Assembly: GCA_052034935.1 (NCBI GenBank)
Contig: JBPOIB010000009.1
Location: 2,357-66,356, forward strand
DNA length: 64,000 bases
From: Candidatus Moraniibacteriota bacterium
Lineage (GTDB): Bacteria; Patescibacteriota; Minisyncoccia; Moranbacterales; UBA1568
Reading direction: 5' to 3'
How positions within the stretch are numbered: the first letter of the stretch is position 1; the number at the start of each line of letters is the position of its first letter. Below the pieces are notes generated by a model that worked only from the letters and a program-made list of their open reading frames with translations, ran no database searches and was not told where the DNA came from. A program made the translations under genes and the position numbers. Positions 1 through 9,128 of this stretch are shown piece by piece.

Positions 1-200
1 TGTAGCTTACTCGCTCCTTTCGAATCCGTCCTCTGGCTTGTCCACGAGTTATACTGCAAAAGGAAGTCTCAGCATGTCATCTCCGCCTTATCCTGTCAAT
101 GCACATTGTGGTTAAGGATTCACTATAAATACTATAGGTAGTATATGAGCCTATTTTTTATCGTTCACTGACCCTGTTTACTGCTTATTTCCGCATTCAG

Positions 201-229
201 TTGACACGTATTTTTGAGCTCTCTATCAT
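201..229 (+). promoter_or_regulatory. sigma70-type promoter upstream of ahpC
   Basis: TTGACA(201-206)-17 bp-TATCAT(224-229). Confidence 0.7.
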
Positions 230-292
230 AGTGAAGCGTCACTCAATTTCGAGGTCGCCAAACACAATTTTTTACCCATTTTTACCAACACT

Positions 293-937
293 ATGTACCA
301 ACAAGAAGGGTGCTGCGGGGGCGGATGCTGCGAACAGGAAGAAGTGACAAAGGCACCGGCATTCTTTCCGGTCATCGGCGAGACTGTGCCAAATCTCGAG
401 TTCGATTATTACCACAAAGAATCGTTTCATAAGTCGCACTTTTCTGACTATCGTGGAAAGTGGGTTGTCGTGTTCTTCTACCCGGCCGACTTCACCTTCG
501 TCTGCCCGACCGAGCTCGAGGAGATGCAGAAGAATTACGCGAAGTTTCAAGAGATGGGCGCTGAAGTGCTCTCCGTTTCAACCGACACCAAATTCACGCA
601 CAAGGCCTGGCATGATCATTCACCCGCCATCAAGACGCTCGAGTATCCGATGATTGCTGATCCGTCCGGTGAGATTTCTGATGCGTTCGGTGTACTCATC
701 CATGAAGGTGACGATAAGGGTTTGGCACTCCGCGGTTCCTTCATCATCGATCCAGACGGCATCCTCCAGGCGTATGAGGTTCATGCCAACAATGTCGGCC
801 GAAGCGCCGATGAACTCCTCCGGAAGCTCGAGGCAGCAATCTTCGTCCGTGAGCACCACGGCGAAGTCTGTCCGGCCAACTGGAAGAAGGGCAGCAAAAC
901 GCTGAAGCCCGGTATCGATCTCGTCGGGAAAATCTAA
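293..937 (+). CDS. ahpC: 2-Cys peroxiredoxin (alkyl hydroperoxide reductase C)
   Basis: FYPADFTFVCPTE peroxidatic motif and GEVCPANW resolving motif. Confidence 0.96.
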   Translation: MYQQEGCCGGGCCEQEEVTKAPAFFPVIGETVPNLEFDYYHKESFHKSHFSDYRGKWVVVFFYPADFTFVCPTELEEMQKNYAKFQEMGAEVLSVSTDTKFTHKAWHDHSPAIKTLEYPMIADPSGEISDAFGVLIHEGDDKGLALRGSFIIDPDGILQAYEVHANNVGRSADELLRKLEAAIFVREHHGEVCPANWKKGSKTLKPGIDLVGKI

Positions 938-948
938 AACAAACACCT

Positions 949-1530
949 ATGCCGTACGGTGCAAAAAACTACTCGCATCTTCTCGGACTGGCCGGTTTTT
1001 CGGAGGCACTCCTCACCAACCACTTCACCCTCTACGAAGGCTACGTAAAGAACACGAACGCTCTTTCCGATAAGCTGAAAGCGCTTGCTGAAAAAGGTGA
1101 GTTCTCGACGCCTGAGTTCGCCGAGTTGAAACGGCGGTTCGGTTGGGAATGGAACGGGATGCGCATGCATGAGCTCTACTTCGGCAATATGACGAAGGAG
1201 TCAACTATGCTCTCCAACGGCGCGCTCAAAGAGAAGCTTGTTCTCGGTTATGGCAGCGTCGAGAATTGGGAAAAGAATTTCGTCGGCACTGGCTCGATGC
1301 GCGGCATCGGCTGGGTCGTTCTCGCTGAAGATAGCGAGTCCGGCAAGCTCTACAACGTCTGGGTGAGCGAGCACGACGGAGGACACCTCATCGGCACAAA
1401 GCCGCTTCTTGTCATGGACGTCTTCGAGCACGCGTTCGTCCTCGACTACGGATTGAAACGGGCGGATTACATCGCGAGCTTCATGAGGGCAATCGATTGG
1501 ACGACCGTTGAAAAGCGCTTCACCGCCTAA
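949..1530 (+). CDS. Fe/Mn superoxide dismutase family protein
   Basis: NHFTLYEGYV, HELYF and DVFEHAF supply the H/H/D/H metal ligands. Confidence 0.9.
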   Translation: MPYGAKNYSHLLGLAGFSEALLTNHFTLYEGYVKNTNALSDKLKALAEKGEFSTPEFAELKRRFGWEWNGMRMHELYFGNMTKESTMLSNGALKEKLVLGYGSVENWEKNFVGTGSMRGIGWVVLAEDSESGKLYNVWVSEHDGGHLIGTKPLLVMDVFEHAFVLDYGLKRADYIASFMRAIDWTTVEKRFTA

Positions 1531-1564
1531 CACCACTAACTCCAACTTCCGGAACACAAAAGCT

Positions 1565-4180
1565 ATGACCGTCGAGAAAATCCGCCGCCGCGATGGAGAA
1601 ATAATCCCGTTCGAGCGCGCCCGCATCGAGCGAGCAATCGAGCTTGCCTGCGATTCTATCGGAATGACCGATAAATCCTTCATCCCAACTGTTACCGACG
1701 AGGTCGTGAAAGACCTCGATAACATCTATGGTGAAATCTTTGTCAACCGTGTTCCCACGGTTGAAGATATCCAAGACATCGTCGAGCGGGAGCTCGTCAA
1801 GGCAAATTTTTTCGAACTGGCGAAAAGTTATATCATCTACCGCGAAGAGCGGCGGCGAGAGCGAGCCGAACGGCACGAGCGCCTCGTTCGTGAATTTGAA
1901 GAACGGACGCTCAAGGTTACCAAGGCGGACGGCACAAAGGAGCGGTTTGATGTGAATAAGCTGCGCGCCGTTTTTGACCGAGCCTCCAAAGGTTTCGAGG
2001 AAGAGTGCCGCTTCGAAGACCTCATGGACTCGTTCAAGAAGAATCTCGTCGACGATATCAAAACTTCTGATATTGAGGCGCTCCTCGTCAAGACTTGCAT
2101 CGACCTGGTAACCGTCGAGAATATCGCGTGGCAGAATATCGCCGCCCGCATCCTCCTCGGCGGGCTCTACAAGAAAGCGATCAAGAATCGCGGCATCAAT
2201 CAGAAGGATATCTATTCGCCCGAAGCATACAAAGCACACTTCGACGATTATATCGAGAAAGGCCTCTACTATAAGGACTTTTACCAGTACTATTCCGAAG
2301 CGGATATCGTTGAGGTCGGCCGACATCTTTCCAAGGAGACAGATGAGAGCTACGAGTACACAACCATCGTCTCCTTCATCAAGCGTTATCTCTTGAACCC
2401 GAACAAAGTCGTCCGCGAGCTGCCGCAGGAAATGTACATGTCGGTCGCGCTCTTTCTCGCGATACCGGAGAAGAAGGAGAATCGCGTCGCGCTCGCAATC
2501 AAAATCTATGAACATTGCTCAAAGCAGCGCATTTCGCTCCCGACCCCAACACTTCTCAATGCTCGGACGAACTATCATCAACTCTCCAGCTGCTTCAAAA
2601 TCAACGTCGATGACGATCTCCGCGGCATCTACCATGCCGTCGAGAATATGGCGCAGATCTCAAAGTTCGGCGGCGGTGTCGGCGTCTACCTCGGCAATGT
2701 CCGCGCTCGCGGTGGAGCGATCCGCGGGGTGAAGGGGATGAGCGGCGGTGTGAACCCATGGATCAAGGTGATTAATGACACAGCGGTCGCCGTCAACCAG
2801 CTCGGTAGCCGGCTCGGTGCCATCTCGGTGACACTCGACATGTGGCACCTCGACATCTATGATTTCCTCGACCTCCAGACGGAGACCGGCGACATCCGTT
2901 CCAAGGCCTTTGATATCTTTCCAGCCGTCTCGATTCCCGACCTGTTCATGAAACGCCTCCAGGAGGGGAAGGATTGGACACTCTTTGATCCGAACGAAGT
3001 AAAAAATCTCTACGGGAAGGCGCTCCAGGACCACTTCGGGGAAGAATTCGAAGCGTTTTATGAAATACTCGAGAAGGACGAGCGGCTCGAGATGCGAAAG
3101 ACCGTCAACTCAAAGGAACTCTTCAAGAAATTCCTGAAGACCACTGTCGAGACCGGCATGCCATATGTTTTCTTCCGTGATACCGTGAACCGCCTCAATC
3201 CGAACAAGCATGCCGGCAATATCTACTCAACCCAGCTCTGCACCGAAATCTGCCAGAACACTTCAGCATCGAAATTCATCAAGGAATCAATTGAGAATGG
3301 AGAAATCGTCCTTCGCTACGAACCGGGTGATCTGGTTGTCTGCAATCTCGCATCAATCAATGTCGCCACCGTCCATGAACCGAAGGTGATCGCCGATGTC
3401 TTCCCTGTCCTCATGCGCGTCCTCGACAATGTCATTACGCTCAACTACTACCCAATCCAGGAAGCCAAGCGGACCTCAGAACGCTATCGGTCCGTCGGCG
3501 TCGGCTACCTCGGTCTCGCCGAATACCTCGCCACCCGAAAAATCGCCTACGACACCGAAGAGGCGCGGCAGGAAACCGACCGACTCTTCGAACGCTACGC
3601 CTATCACACCTATCGCGCTTCAATCGACCTCGCCAAGGAACGCGGTACCTACGAGCTCTACCCAGGGAGTGAATACTCCAAAGGAATTCTCCTCGGCCGT
3701 ACTCTCGCCTGGTATGAGAAGAATACGCCGTTCGCGAGTGACTGGCGTACCCTTTTCACTGATATGAAGACTCACGGCGTCCGTTTTGCCTATCACACCG
3801 CTCCAGCACCGAACACTTCGACCGCTGGTGTCGTCGGTACTACCGCCGCCCTCCTCCCGATCTACAAGCGCTACTTCGTCGAGACGAACCTCTCGGCCCC
3901 GACTATCCGTGTCGCCCCGAAGCTCTCCAAGGACAACTTCTGGTTCTACAAAGAGTACACCCACATGGATATGGCCGATGTCATCAGCCTCATCGCTGTC
4001 GTCTACAAATGGGTTGATCAGTCAATCAGCTTCGAATGGATGATTGATCCAGCCAAGGTCTCACCAGCCCAGCTCTATGGCTATTACATCCAGGCCTGGG
4101 AGAAAGAAATCAAGACCGTTTACTATGTCCGGAGTCTCTCTGGCGAAGTAAAGGATGGTTGTGTCTCTTGCAGCGGCTAG
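1565..4180 (+). CDS. nrdA: class I ribonucleotide reductase alpha subunit with two N-terminal ATP cones
   Basis: IRRRDGEIIPF and VTKADGTKERFD cones; PTPTL, QLSSC, QLCTE, VCNLAS, KTVYY, C-terminal CVSC; start moved to ATG 1565. Confidence 0.95.
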   Translation: MTVEKIRRRDGEIIPFERARIERAIELACDSIGMTDKSFIPTVTDEVVKDLDNIYGEIFVNRVPTVEDIQDIVERELVKANFFELAKSYIIYREERRRERAERHERLVREFEERTLKVTKADGTKERFDVNKLRAVFDRASKGFEEECRFEDLMDSFKKNLVDDIKTSDIEALLVKTCIDLVTVENIAWQNIAARILLGGLYKKAIKNRGINQKDIYSPEAYKAHFDDYIEKGLYYKDFYQYYSEADIVEVGRHLSKETDESYEYTTIVSFIKRYLLNPNKVVRELPQEMYMSVALFLAIPEKKENRVALAIKIYEHCSKQRISLPTPTLLNARTNYHQLSSCFKINVDDDLRGIYHAVENMAQISKFGGGVGVYLGNVRARGGAIRGVKGMSGGVNPWIKVINDTAVAVNQLGSRLGAISVTLDMWHLDIYDFLDLQTETGDIRSKAFDIFPAVSIPDLFMKRLQEGKDWTLFDPNEVKNLYGKALQDHFGEEFEAFYEILEKDERLEMRKTVNSKELFKKFLKTTVETGMPYVFFRDTVNRLNPNKHAGNIYSTQLCTEICQNTSASKFIKESIENGEIVLRYEPGDLVVCNLASINVATVHEPKVIADVFPVLMRVLDNVITLNYYPIQEAKRTSERYRSVGVGYLGLAEYLATRKIAYDTEEARQETDRLFERYAYHTYRASIDLAKERGTYELYPGSEYSKGILLGRTLAWYEKNTPFASDWRTLFTDMKTHGVRFAYHTAPAPNTSTAGVVGTTAALLPIYKRYFVETNLSAPTIRVAPKLSKDNFWFYKEYTHMDMADVISLIAVVYKWVDQSISFEWMIDPAKVSPAQLYGYYIQAWEKEIKTVYYVRSLSGEVKDGCVSCSG

Positions 4181-4216
4181 TATAACCGCAGAGAGCTGGA
4201 AACTACTAAATTCACC

Positions 4217-5266
4217 ATGTCTATGACCGCTGAAATGCAGAGCAACCGCCTCTTCAACCCTGAAGGAGACGATACCGTCGAACACCGCACTATCATCAAA
4301 GGTGCCACAACCGGCCTCTTCAACCTTAATGTGGTCAAATATCCTTGGGCCAAGTCACTCTACCAGGTCATGGTCGGGAACTTCTGGGTCCCAGAGAAGG
4401 TCTCCGGCCTCAAAGATGATGCGCGTATGTTCCATGGCGAACTCTCCCCTGAAGAGCAACGCGCCTATAAGGGCATCATCTCTTTCCTCACCTTTCTTGA
4501 TTCCCTGCAAACAGTGAACCTCCCGCACTTCTCGGACTATGTGACGAGCCCGGAGGTGAACCTCATCCTCTCGATCCAGGCCTACCAAGAAGCAATCCAC
4601 TCCCAGTCTTACGCAACTATCCTCGAGTCAGTCGTCGATTCGAAGGAGCGCGACGAAATCTACTACTTCTGGCGTACCGATAAGGTCCTCCTTGAGCGCA
4701 ACAAGTACATCGGACAGATCTATCAGGATTTCGTTGATGCACCGACTGACCGCAATTTCTTCCGCGGCATTGTCGCCAACTTTCTCCTCGAATCAATCTA
4801 CTTCTACAATGGTTTCGCCTTCTTCGACACACTGGTCGACCGGATGAAAATGCTCGCCACCGGCCGGATGATCGCCTATATCCGCCGAGACGAACTGACC
4901 CACGTCACGATCTTTTCGAACTTGATCCGCGAGATCAAACGCGAATTCCCAGATCTCTACGACGAAAAACTCATTGTTGAGATGATGAAAACAGCAGTGG
5001 ATCAAGAAGTCGAATGGTCCACCCATATCCTGGGCGACCGCATTCCCGGTATCAATGGAGAGACAACAGTCGGCTACACCAGGTGGCTCGCCAATCGCCG
5101 GCTCGCCATGCTCAATATCGACCCGCTTTACCCGGAAGCCATCAATAACCCCTACAAGCACCTCGACCGGCTCCAGGATGTGAACGGCGACAAGGGCAAT
5201 TTCTTCGAGACGACCGTCGTGAACTACACTCAATCGACCAGCATGAACGGTTCCTGGGAGTTCTAG
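4217..5266 (+). CDS. nrdB: class Ia ribonucleotide reductase beta subunit
   Basis: FWVPE, LDSLQ, EAIHSQSY (radical Tyr present), LESIYFYNGF, DELTH; follows nrdA. Confidence 0.95.
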   Translation: MSMTAEMQSNRLFNPEGDDTVEHRTIIKGATTGLFNLNVVKYPWAKSLYQVMVGNFWVPEKVSGLKDDARMFHGELSPEEQRAYKGIISFLTFLDSLQTVNLPHFSDYVTSPEVNLILSIQAYQEAIHSQSYATILESVVDSKERDEIYYFWRTDKVLLERNKYIGQIYQDFVDAPTDRNFFRGIVANFLLESIYFYNGFAFFDTLVDRMKMLATGRMIAYIRRDELTHVTIFSNLIREIKREFPDLYDEKLIVEMMKTAVDQEVEWSTHILGDRIPGINGETTVGYTRWLANRRLAMLNIDPLYPEAINNPYKHLDRLQDVNGDKGNFFETTVVNYTQSTSMNGSWEF

Positions 5267-5313
5267 TATTCGACAAGTCGCGAAACAGGTGTCGAGTCCA
5301 CTCCCGATGACAC

Positions 5314-5342
5314 AAAGAGTCCCTTTTCGAGGGGACTCTTTT
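5314..5342 (+). terminator. intrinsic terminator after nrdB
   Basis: AAAGAGTCCCTT-TTCG-AGGGGACTCTTT hairpin with T tract. Confidence 0.85.
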
Positions 5343-5414
5343 GATTTACTGGACGTATCCTGGTTTCTCAGCAGGAGAGAAAGCGGTGTATAATGAAAAA
5401 GCAAAAATCAAACT

Positions 5415-6683
5415 ATGAAAATTAAATTGTTCATTATCGCATTTGGGCTCGCGCTCTCCTTAGGAATTTTATCTCCTACGCAGGGTCTTTATGCCGCTTT
5501 GCCTGTACCACCTGTGGACAATCCAGCTGACTGCAACGCCCTCGGGGGACAATGCCAGGACGATCCTAACTGCTATCAGTATGCCGGGAATAAGCCACCA
5601 GGCAGCGTTGAATTTCTGGGTGTTTGCGATGGAGCTACTCAAAACAAGGCCTGCTGTGGTATCAAACCAATAGCAGCGGCTCCCGGAAGCGATCTCTACT
5701 GCACGAATACACTCAAAGGTAACTGCGTACAGAAAACGCAAACTTGTGGCAGTAAAGCGGTCAAGGTTGGCGACTGTACCACCGATACCGCGGGTGTGCA
5801 GCGCATCTGCTGCCAGACTCTCCCGGGTGCCCAAATCACCGGCCCCATGGTCGCACCATATAGTCTCCTCGAGAAGATTCCCGGTTCATCCAATACCGTC
5901 GGCAGCCTCAATACCTATCTCGAAGATATCTACCGCTTCGCTTTTTGGGCGGTCGGTATCGCAGTTGTCTTCATGCTCACCATCGGCGGTTTCATGTACC
6001 TGACTTCGGCGGGCAATACATCACGCCTCGGCACGGCGAAAACGATCATTTTCGACGCCTTCCTTGGCCTCATCCTCGCTCTCGTCGCTTGGCTATTCCT
6101 CAACCTCATCAATCCCAATCTGGTTGACTTGGCACTGCCAACCACCTCAGTCATTACCCCACCACCACCTCCGACTGATACCGGTGGAACATCCTCTACC
6201 CTCGCAGGAGTACTCAAGACAACACCCGGTGTTACCGTTAGTTCAGCTGGGGACTGCAAACTCGATGCGACCACACCCGTTTCACCCGACCTATCACTTC
6301 AGCAATCTGCTGATGGTGTGCCAGTAAACCATTGTCAGAAAGACTGCCCTTCGACTGGTTACTGCCTTGGGCAAACAACTTTGAGTGCAACCATGCTAAG
6401 TGCGCTCATCGAGGTCGCCAGCCTTTATCCGTTCACTATAACCAGCTTCACGGGTGGCAACCATAGCGGAAACAGCTCCCACTATTCTGGGCGAGCAGTC
6501 GACATCAAGCCTGCTGTTTCAGTTCCAAAGTCGGACTGGCCAAAGATTCAAACCTATCTCAGAAGTCAGGGCACAAATAAGGCGCGGCTTGTTATCTGTG
6601 ACATCTGGGATGCCGTCCAAAAAAAGAATGTTGGCATTAACTGTGACGACCCTCGCACTGACCATATTCATGCTGAGTGGTAG
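5415..6683 (+). CDS. CPR pilin-domain (TrbC/VirB2-like) protein with Cys-rich repeats and a C-terminal M15-like Zn peptidase domain
   Basis: Signal peptide; two Cys-rich modules ending in CC; IGGFMYLTSAGN...AKTIIFDAFLGLILALVAWLFLNLINPNL pilin signature; SSHYSGRAVD...DHIH. Confidence 0.75.
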   Translation: MKIKLFIIAFGLALSLGILSPTQGLYAALPVPPVDNPADCNALGGQCQDDPNCYQYAGNKPPGSVEFLGVCDGATQNKACCGIKPIAAAPGSDLYCTNTLKGNCVQKTQTCGSKAVKVGDCTTDTAGVQRICCQTLPGAQITGPMVAPYSLLEKIPGSSNTVGSLNTYLEDIYRFAFWAVGIAVVFMLTIGGFMYLTSAGNTSRLGTAKTIIFDAFLGLILALVAWLFLNLINPNLVDLALPTTSVITPPPPPTDTGGTSSTLAGVLKTTPGVTVSSAGDCKLDATTPVSPDLSLQQSADGVPVNHCQKDCPSTGYCLGQTTLSATMLSALIEVASLYPFTITSFTGGNHSGNSSHYSGRAVDIKPAVSVPKSDWPKIQTYLRSQGTNKARLVICDIWDAVQKKNVGINCDDPRTDHIHAEW

Positions 6684-6723
6684 AGCATCCGCTGGTGCCG
6701 TTTCTTGATAGCAATACCTGGCA

Positions 6724-7869
6724 ATGAAAAAACTCTTCATCCTCTCCGGATCCTTCTTTCTCTTGGTCCTCGCCTTTCTCGGGGTCTATAACTTTGCCTT
6801 CAAGCATAATACGCTTGATCCGGTCGCTGATCCGAAGAAAAAGGCTGAGGCGGAAGAAAAAAAGCAGGCCGAGATGGTGGAGTCATCGGCACGATCAGTC
6901 GCTTTCGAGCAGATTATCGGAGAAGCCGTTTTCCAACCGGTCATTGGGGAGTACAGCATCTTCTACTACTCCAAACGCGATAACGCCCTGAAGGAGGCTG
7001 GACTTGACGGAAAAGAGATCAAGGTCCGAGTTCCTCGGATCCCAGGCGAGGTGACCCGTGTCGTCTGGTCGCCGAATCGGATCCAGGCCCTCGTGCTGGC
7101 CAAAGTCGATGGTGGCAACCTCTGGCACCTCGCTGATCTCCGTAATCAGACGACGATACCGCTTCGAAACGATATGTCGCGTCTTGCCTGGACCAGCCTC
7201 GGCGACCGCATCCTCTACCAGTTTACAGATCCCGGGACCGGGGAACGGACGCTGAATATCGCCACACCGGACGGGTCGAACTGGAAAAAGCTCGCCGATC
7301 TCGGCCAGGAAGACCATTTCATCGCTGCTATCCCGCGGTCAAGCCTCATCGCCTTTTGGGAAAAAACTGACGCCGCTCGGGAAAGCGTCCTTGAGACGAT
7401 TACCGTGAACGGGGAAAATCGCCAAACTGTTATCACCGCCCGAGCAGGGGCGGATTTCATCTGGTCTCCAGACAATCAACATATCCTGGTTCAGAATACG
7501 AACACCACCGGAGGTAATGCTGTTGTTCTCGGGCTGACCGATGAGGATGGCGCCGGTTATCGCAATCTCTTCGCTCCCACTTTCATCTCAAAAACAGTCT
7601 GGTCAAAGGACAGCGAGACCATTTACTACGCTCTTCCAAGCACATTCCCAGCGGACGCGGTCATTCCGAATGACTACTATGCGAAACCGCTCTACACGAG
7701 CGACACTTTTTGGAAAATGAACATTCGTACTGGGAAAAAAGAGCGATTAGTACCGCTTGCCGAAATGACCGAGGGCTATGATGCGAGCGACATCTTTCTC
7801 TCACCAAGCGAAACCGACCTCTATTTCGTCGACCGCAAGACCGCGAAGTTCTACCGTATCACCCTCTGA
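6724..7869 (+). CDS. membrane-anchored TolB-like beta-propeller protein
   Basis: N-terminal TM; repeated WSP/WSK blade motifs. Confidence 0.7.
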   Translation: MKKLFILSGSFFLLVLAFLGVYNFAFKHNTLDPVADPKKKAEAEEKKQAEMVESSARSVAFEQIIGEAVFQPVIGEYSIFYYSKRDNALKEAGLDGKEIKVRVPRIPGEVTRVVWSPNRIQALVLAKVDGGNLWHLADLRNQTTIPLRNDMSRLAWTSLGDRILYQFTDPGTGERTLNIATPDGSNWKKLADLGQEDHFIAAIPRSSLIAFWEKTDAARESVLETITVNGENRQTVITARAGADFIWSPDNQHILVQNTNTTGGNAVVLGLTDEDGAGYRNLFAPTFISKTVWSKDSETIYYALPSTFPADAVIPNDYYAKPLYTSDTFWKMNIRTGKKERLVPLAEMTEGYDASDIFLSPSETDLYFVDRKTAKFYRITL

Positions 7870-9124
7870 TCCGGAGAATTGCCAAGAGTAAGACAATCGA
7901 ACCCCAGACGGCCAGGACGAGGTCGTTTTTCATATATGGTGTATCCACCAGACCGTAGATAAGGTAGAAAAGAATGAGGGAAATGCCAAGAAGCGGCTCA
8001 GAAACAGCAGAATTATCTTGCTTTGACTTTCGCCACCAGCCTAAAAATGAGAACAGTACTGTAACAAGGACGCCAATCCACCCAACAAGAGCGAGGATCC
8101 CGCCCTCGAGAAGGAAATGGAGGGGGAGATTATGCGGTGTCGGCACAGCCCATTCGAGATATGGCGTGTATCTCTCTTGGTATTCCAGATACACGGCCTG
8201 GAAGCGAGCGGTCCCGATGCCGAAAAAAAGGTGCTCGCGAGCGATATCCACCCCGGTTCGCCAGATCATAATCCGCGAGGCAAACGACGAGCGTTCATGA
8301 AGGGAAACAAGTTGTTGCCATTTTTCCGATCCCTGCTCAAAAGAAAAAAAGAGGGAAAAAACAACCACCGGGAGCAGAAAAATAGGGGAAAAGCTTCGAA
8401 AATTCCTCTTTTTCGCGAATATAAGGACGCCGGATATCAATACCACGAGCGACACGGCCAGCCAGGCCGCATACGAACGCGTCAGAATGAGCGCACCGAG
8501 AGAAAGAAGCAAACCGAGAAGTCCAATGGCCCTCTCTCTTTCTCTACGAGCTGTGGCTATGAAGAATACCGAGAGAAGGACTCCGGGAGCAACCAGAAGC
8601 GCAAGGTAGTTAGCAGATTGATAGAGACCGGCCAGGCGGCCGTCGTAAAGGAAAAACCCCTCCAAGCCGGCAATGAGAGCAGCTAGGGCGGCAGCCATTA
8701 CGCCCCAAAGCCAGTTTTGCATTATCCAACGCCACCCACTCTCAGTTCTCACGCTCATGAATACGAAGAGAGCAAGGAGGAGCGGAACGACATAAAAGCC
8801 CTTGAGTCGGCCAAAAGTACTCGTTTCGTGTGGATTCAATAAAGCCGAAAGGACGATCGAAAAAAGGAAAAGTCCGGCGGAAAGAAAAAACCATCGATTT
8901 TCTCTGGCAAGTTCGCGAAAATCTCGAAAAAAACCAATTATGGACCTTTCTTTTAAGAAAATAAATATAGCAAGGATGAGGGGGAGCTCACCGAGGTAGA
9001 GCGGGAGTCCAAAGACTGAAAGGTGAGCGAGTGGAAAAAGGAGGAAAACACCACCCAAAAAAAGGATAGTGGGGCTCGGAAAAGTCGATTTTTCTTCTTT
9101 TTGCTCTTTCGTCAGCATTGCCAT
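7859..9124 (-). CDS. O-antigen ligase family (Wzy_C) membrane protein
   Basis: Multi-TM; SANYLA, TRS, SRIMIW..G, GIGT, PHNL motifs. Confidence 0.85.
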   Translation of the reverse strand: MAMLTKEQKEEKSTFPSPTILFLGGVFLLFPLAHLSVFGLPLYLGELPLILAIFIFLKERSIIGFFRDFRELARENRWFFLSAGLFLFSIVLSALLNPHETSTFGRLKGFYVVPLLLALFVFMSVRTESGWRWIMQNWLWGVMAAALAALIAGLEGFFLYDGRLAGLYQSANYLALLVAPGVLLSVFFIATARRERERAIGLLGLLLSLGALILTRSYAAWLAVSLVVLISGVLIFAKKRNFRSFSPIFLLPVVVFSLFFSFEQGSEKWQQLVSLHERSSFASRIMIWRTGVDIAREHLFFGIGTARFQAVYLEYQERYTPYLEWAVPTPHNLPLHFLLEGGILALVGWIGVLVTVLFSFLGWWRKSKQDNSAVSEPLLGISLILFYLIYGLVDTPYMKNDLVLAVWGSIVLLLAILRIRG

Positions 9125-9128
9125 GCCG

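Noticed and set aside
1520-2515. Long antisense or alternate-frame ORFs (also 28773-29483, 46451-47218, 53278-53994, 60545-61366)
   Set aside because: Shadows of well-supported genes on the opposite strand, with no motifs or RBS.
4217-5266. Metal-free (Ie) or Tyr-less (Ic) RNR beta subunit
   Set aside because: All carboxylate/His ligands and the radical Tyr (EAIHSQSY) are present.
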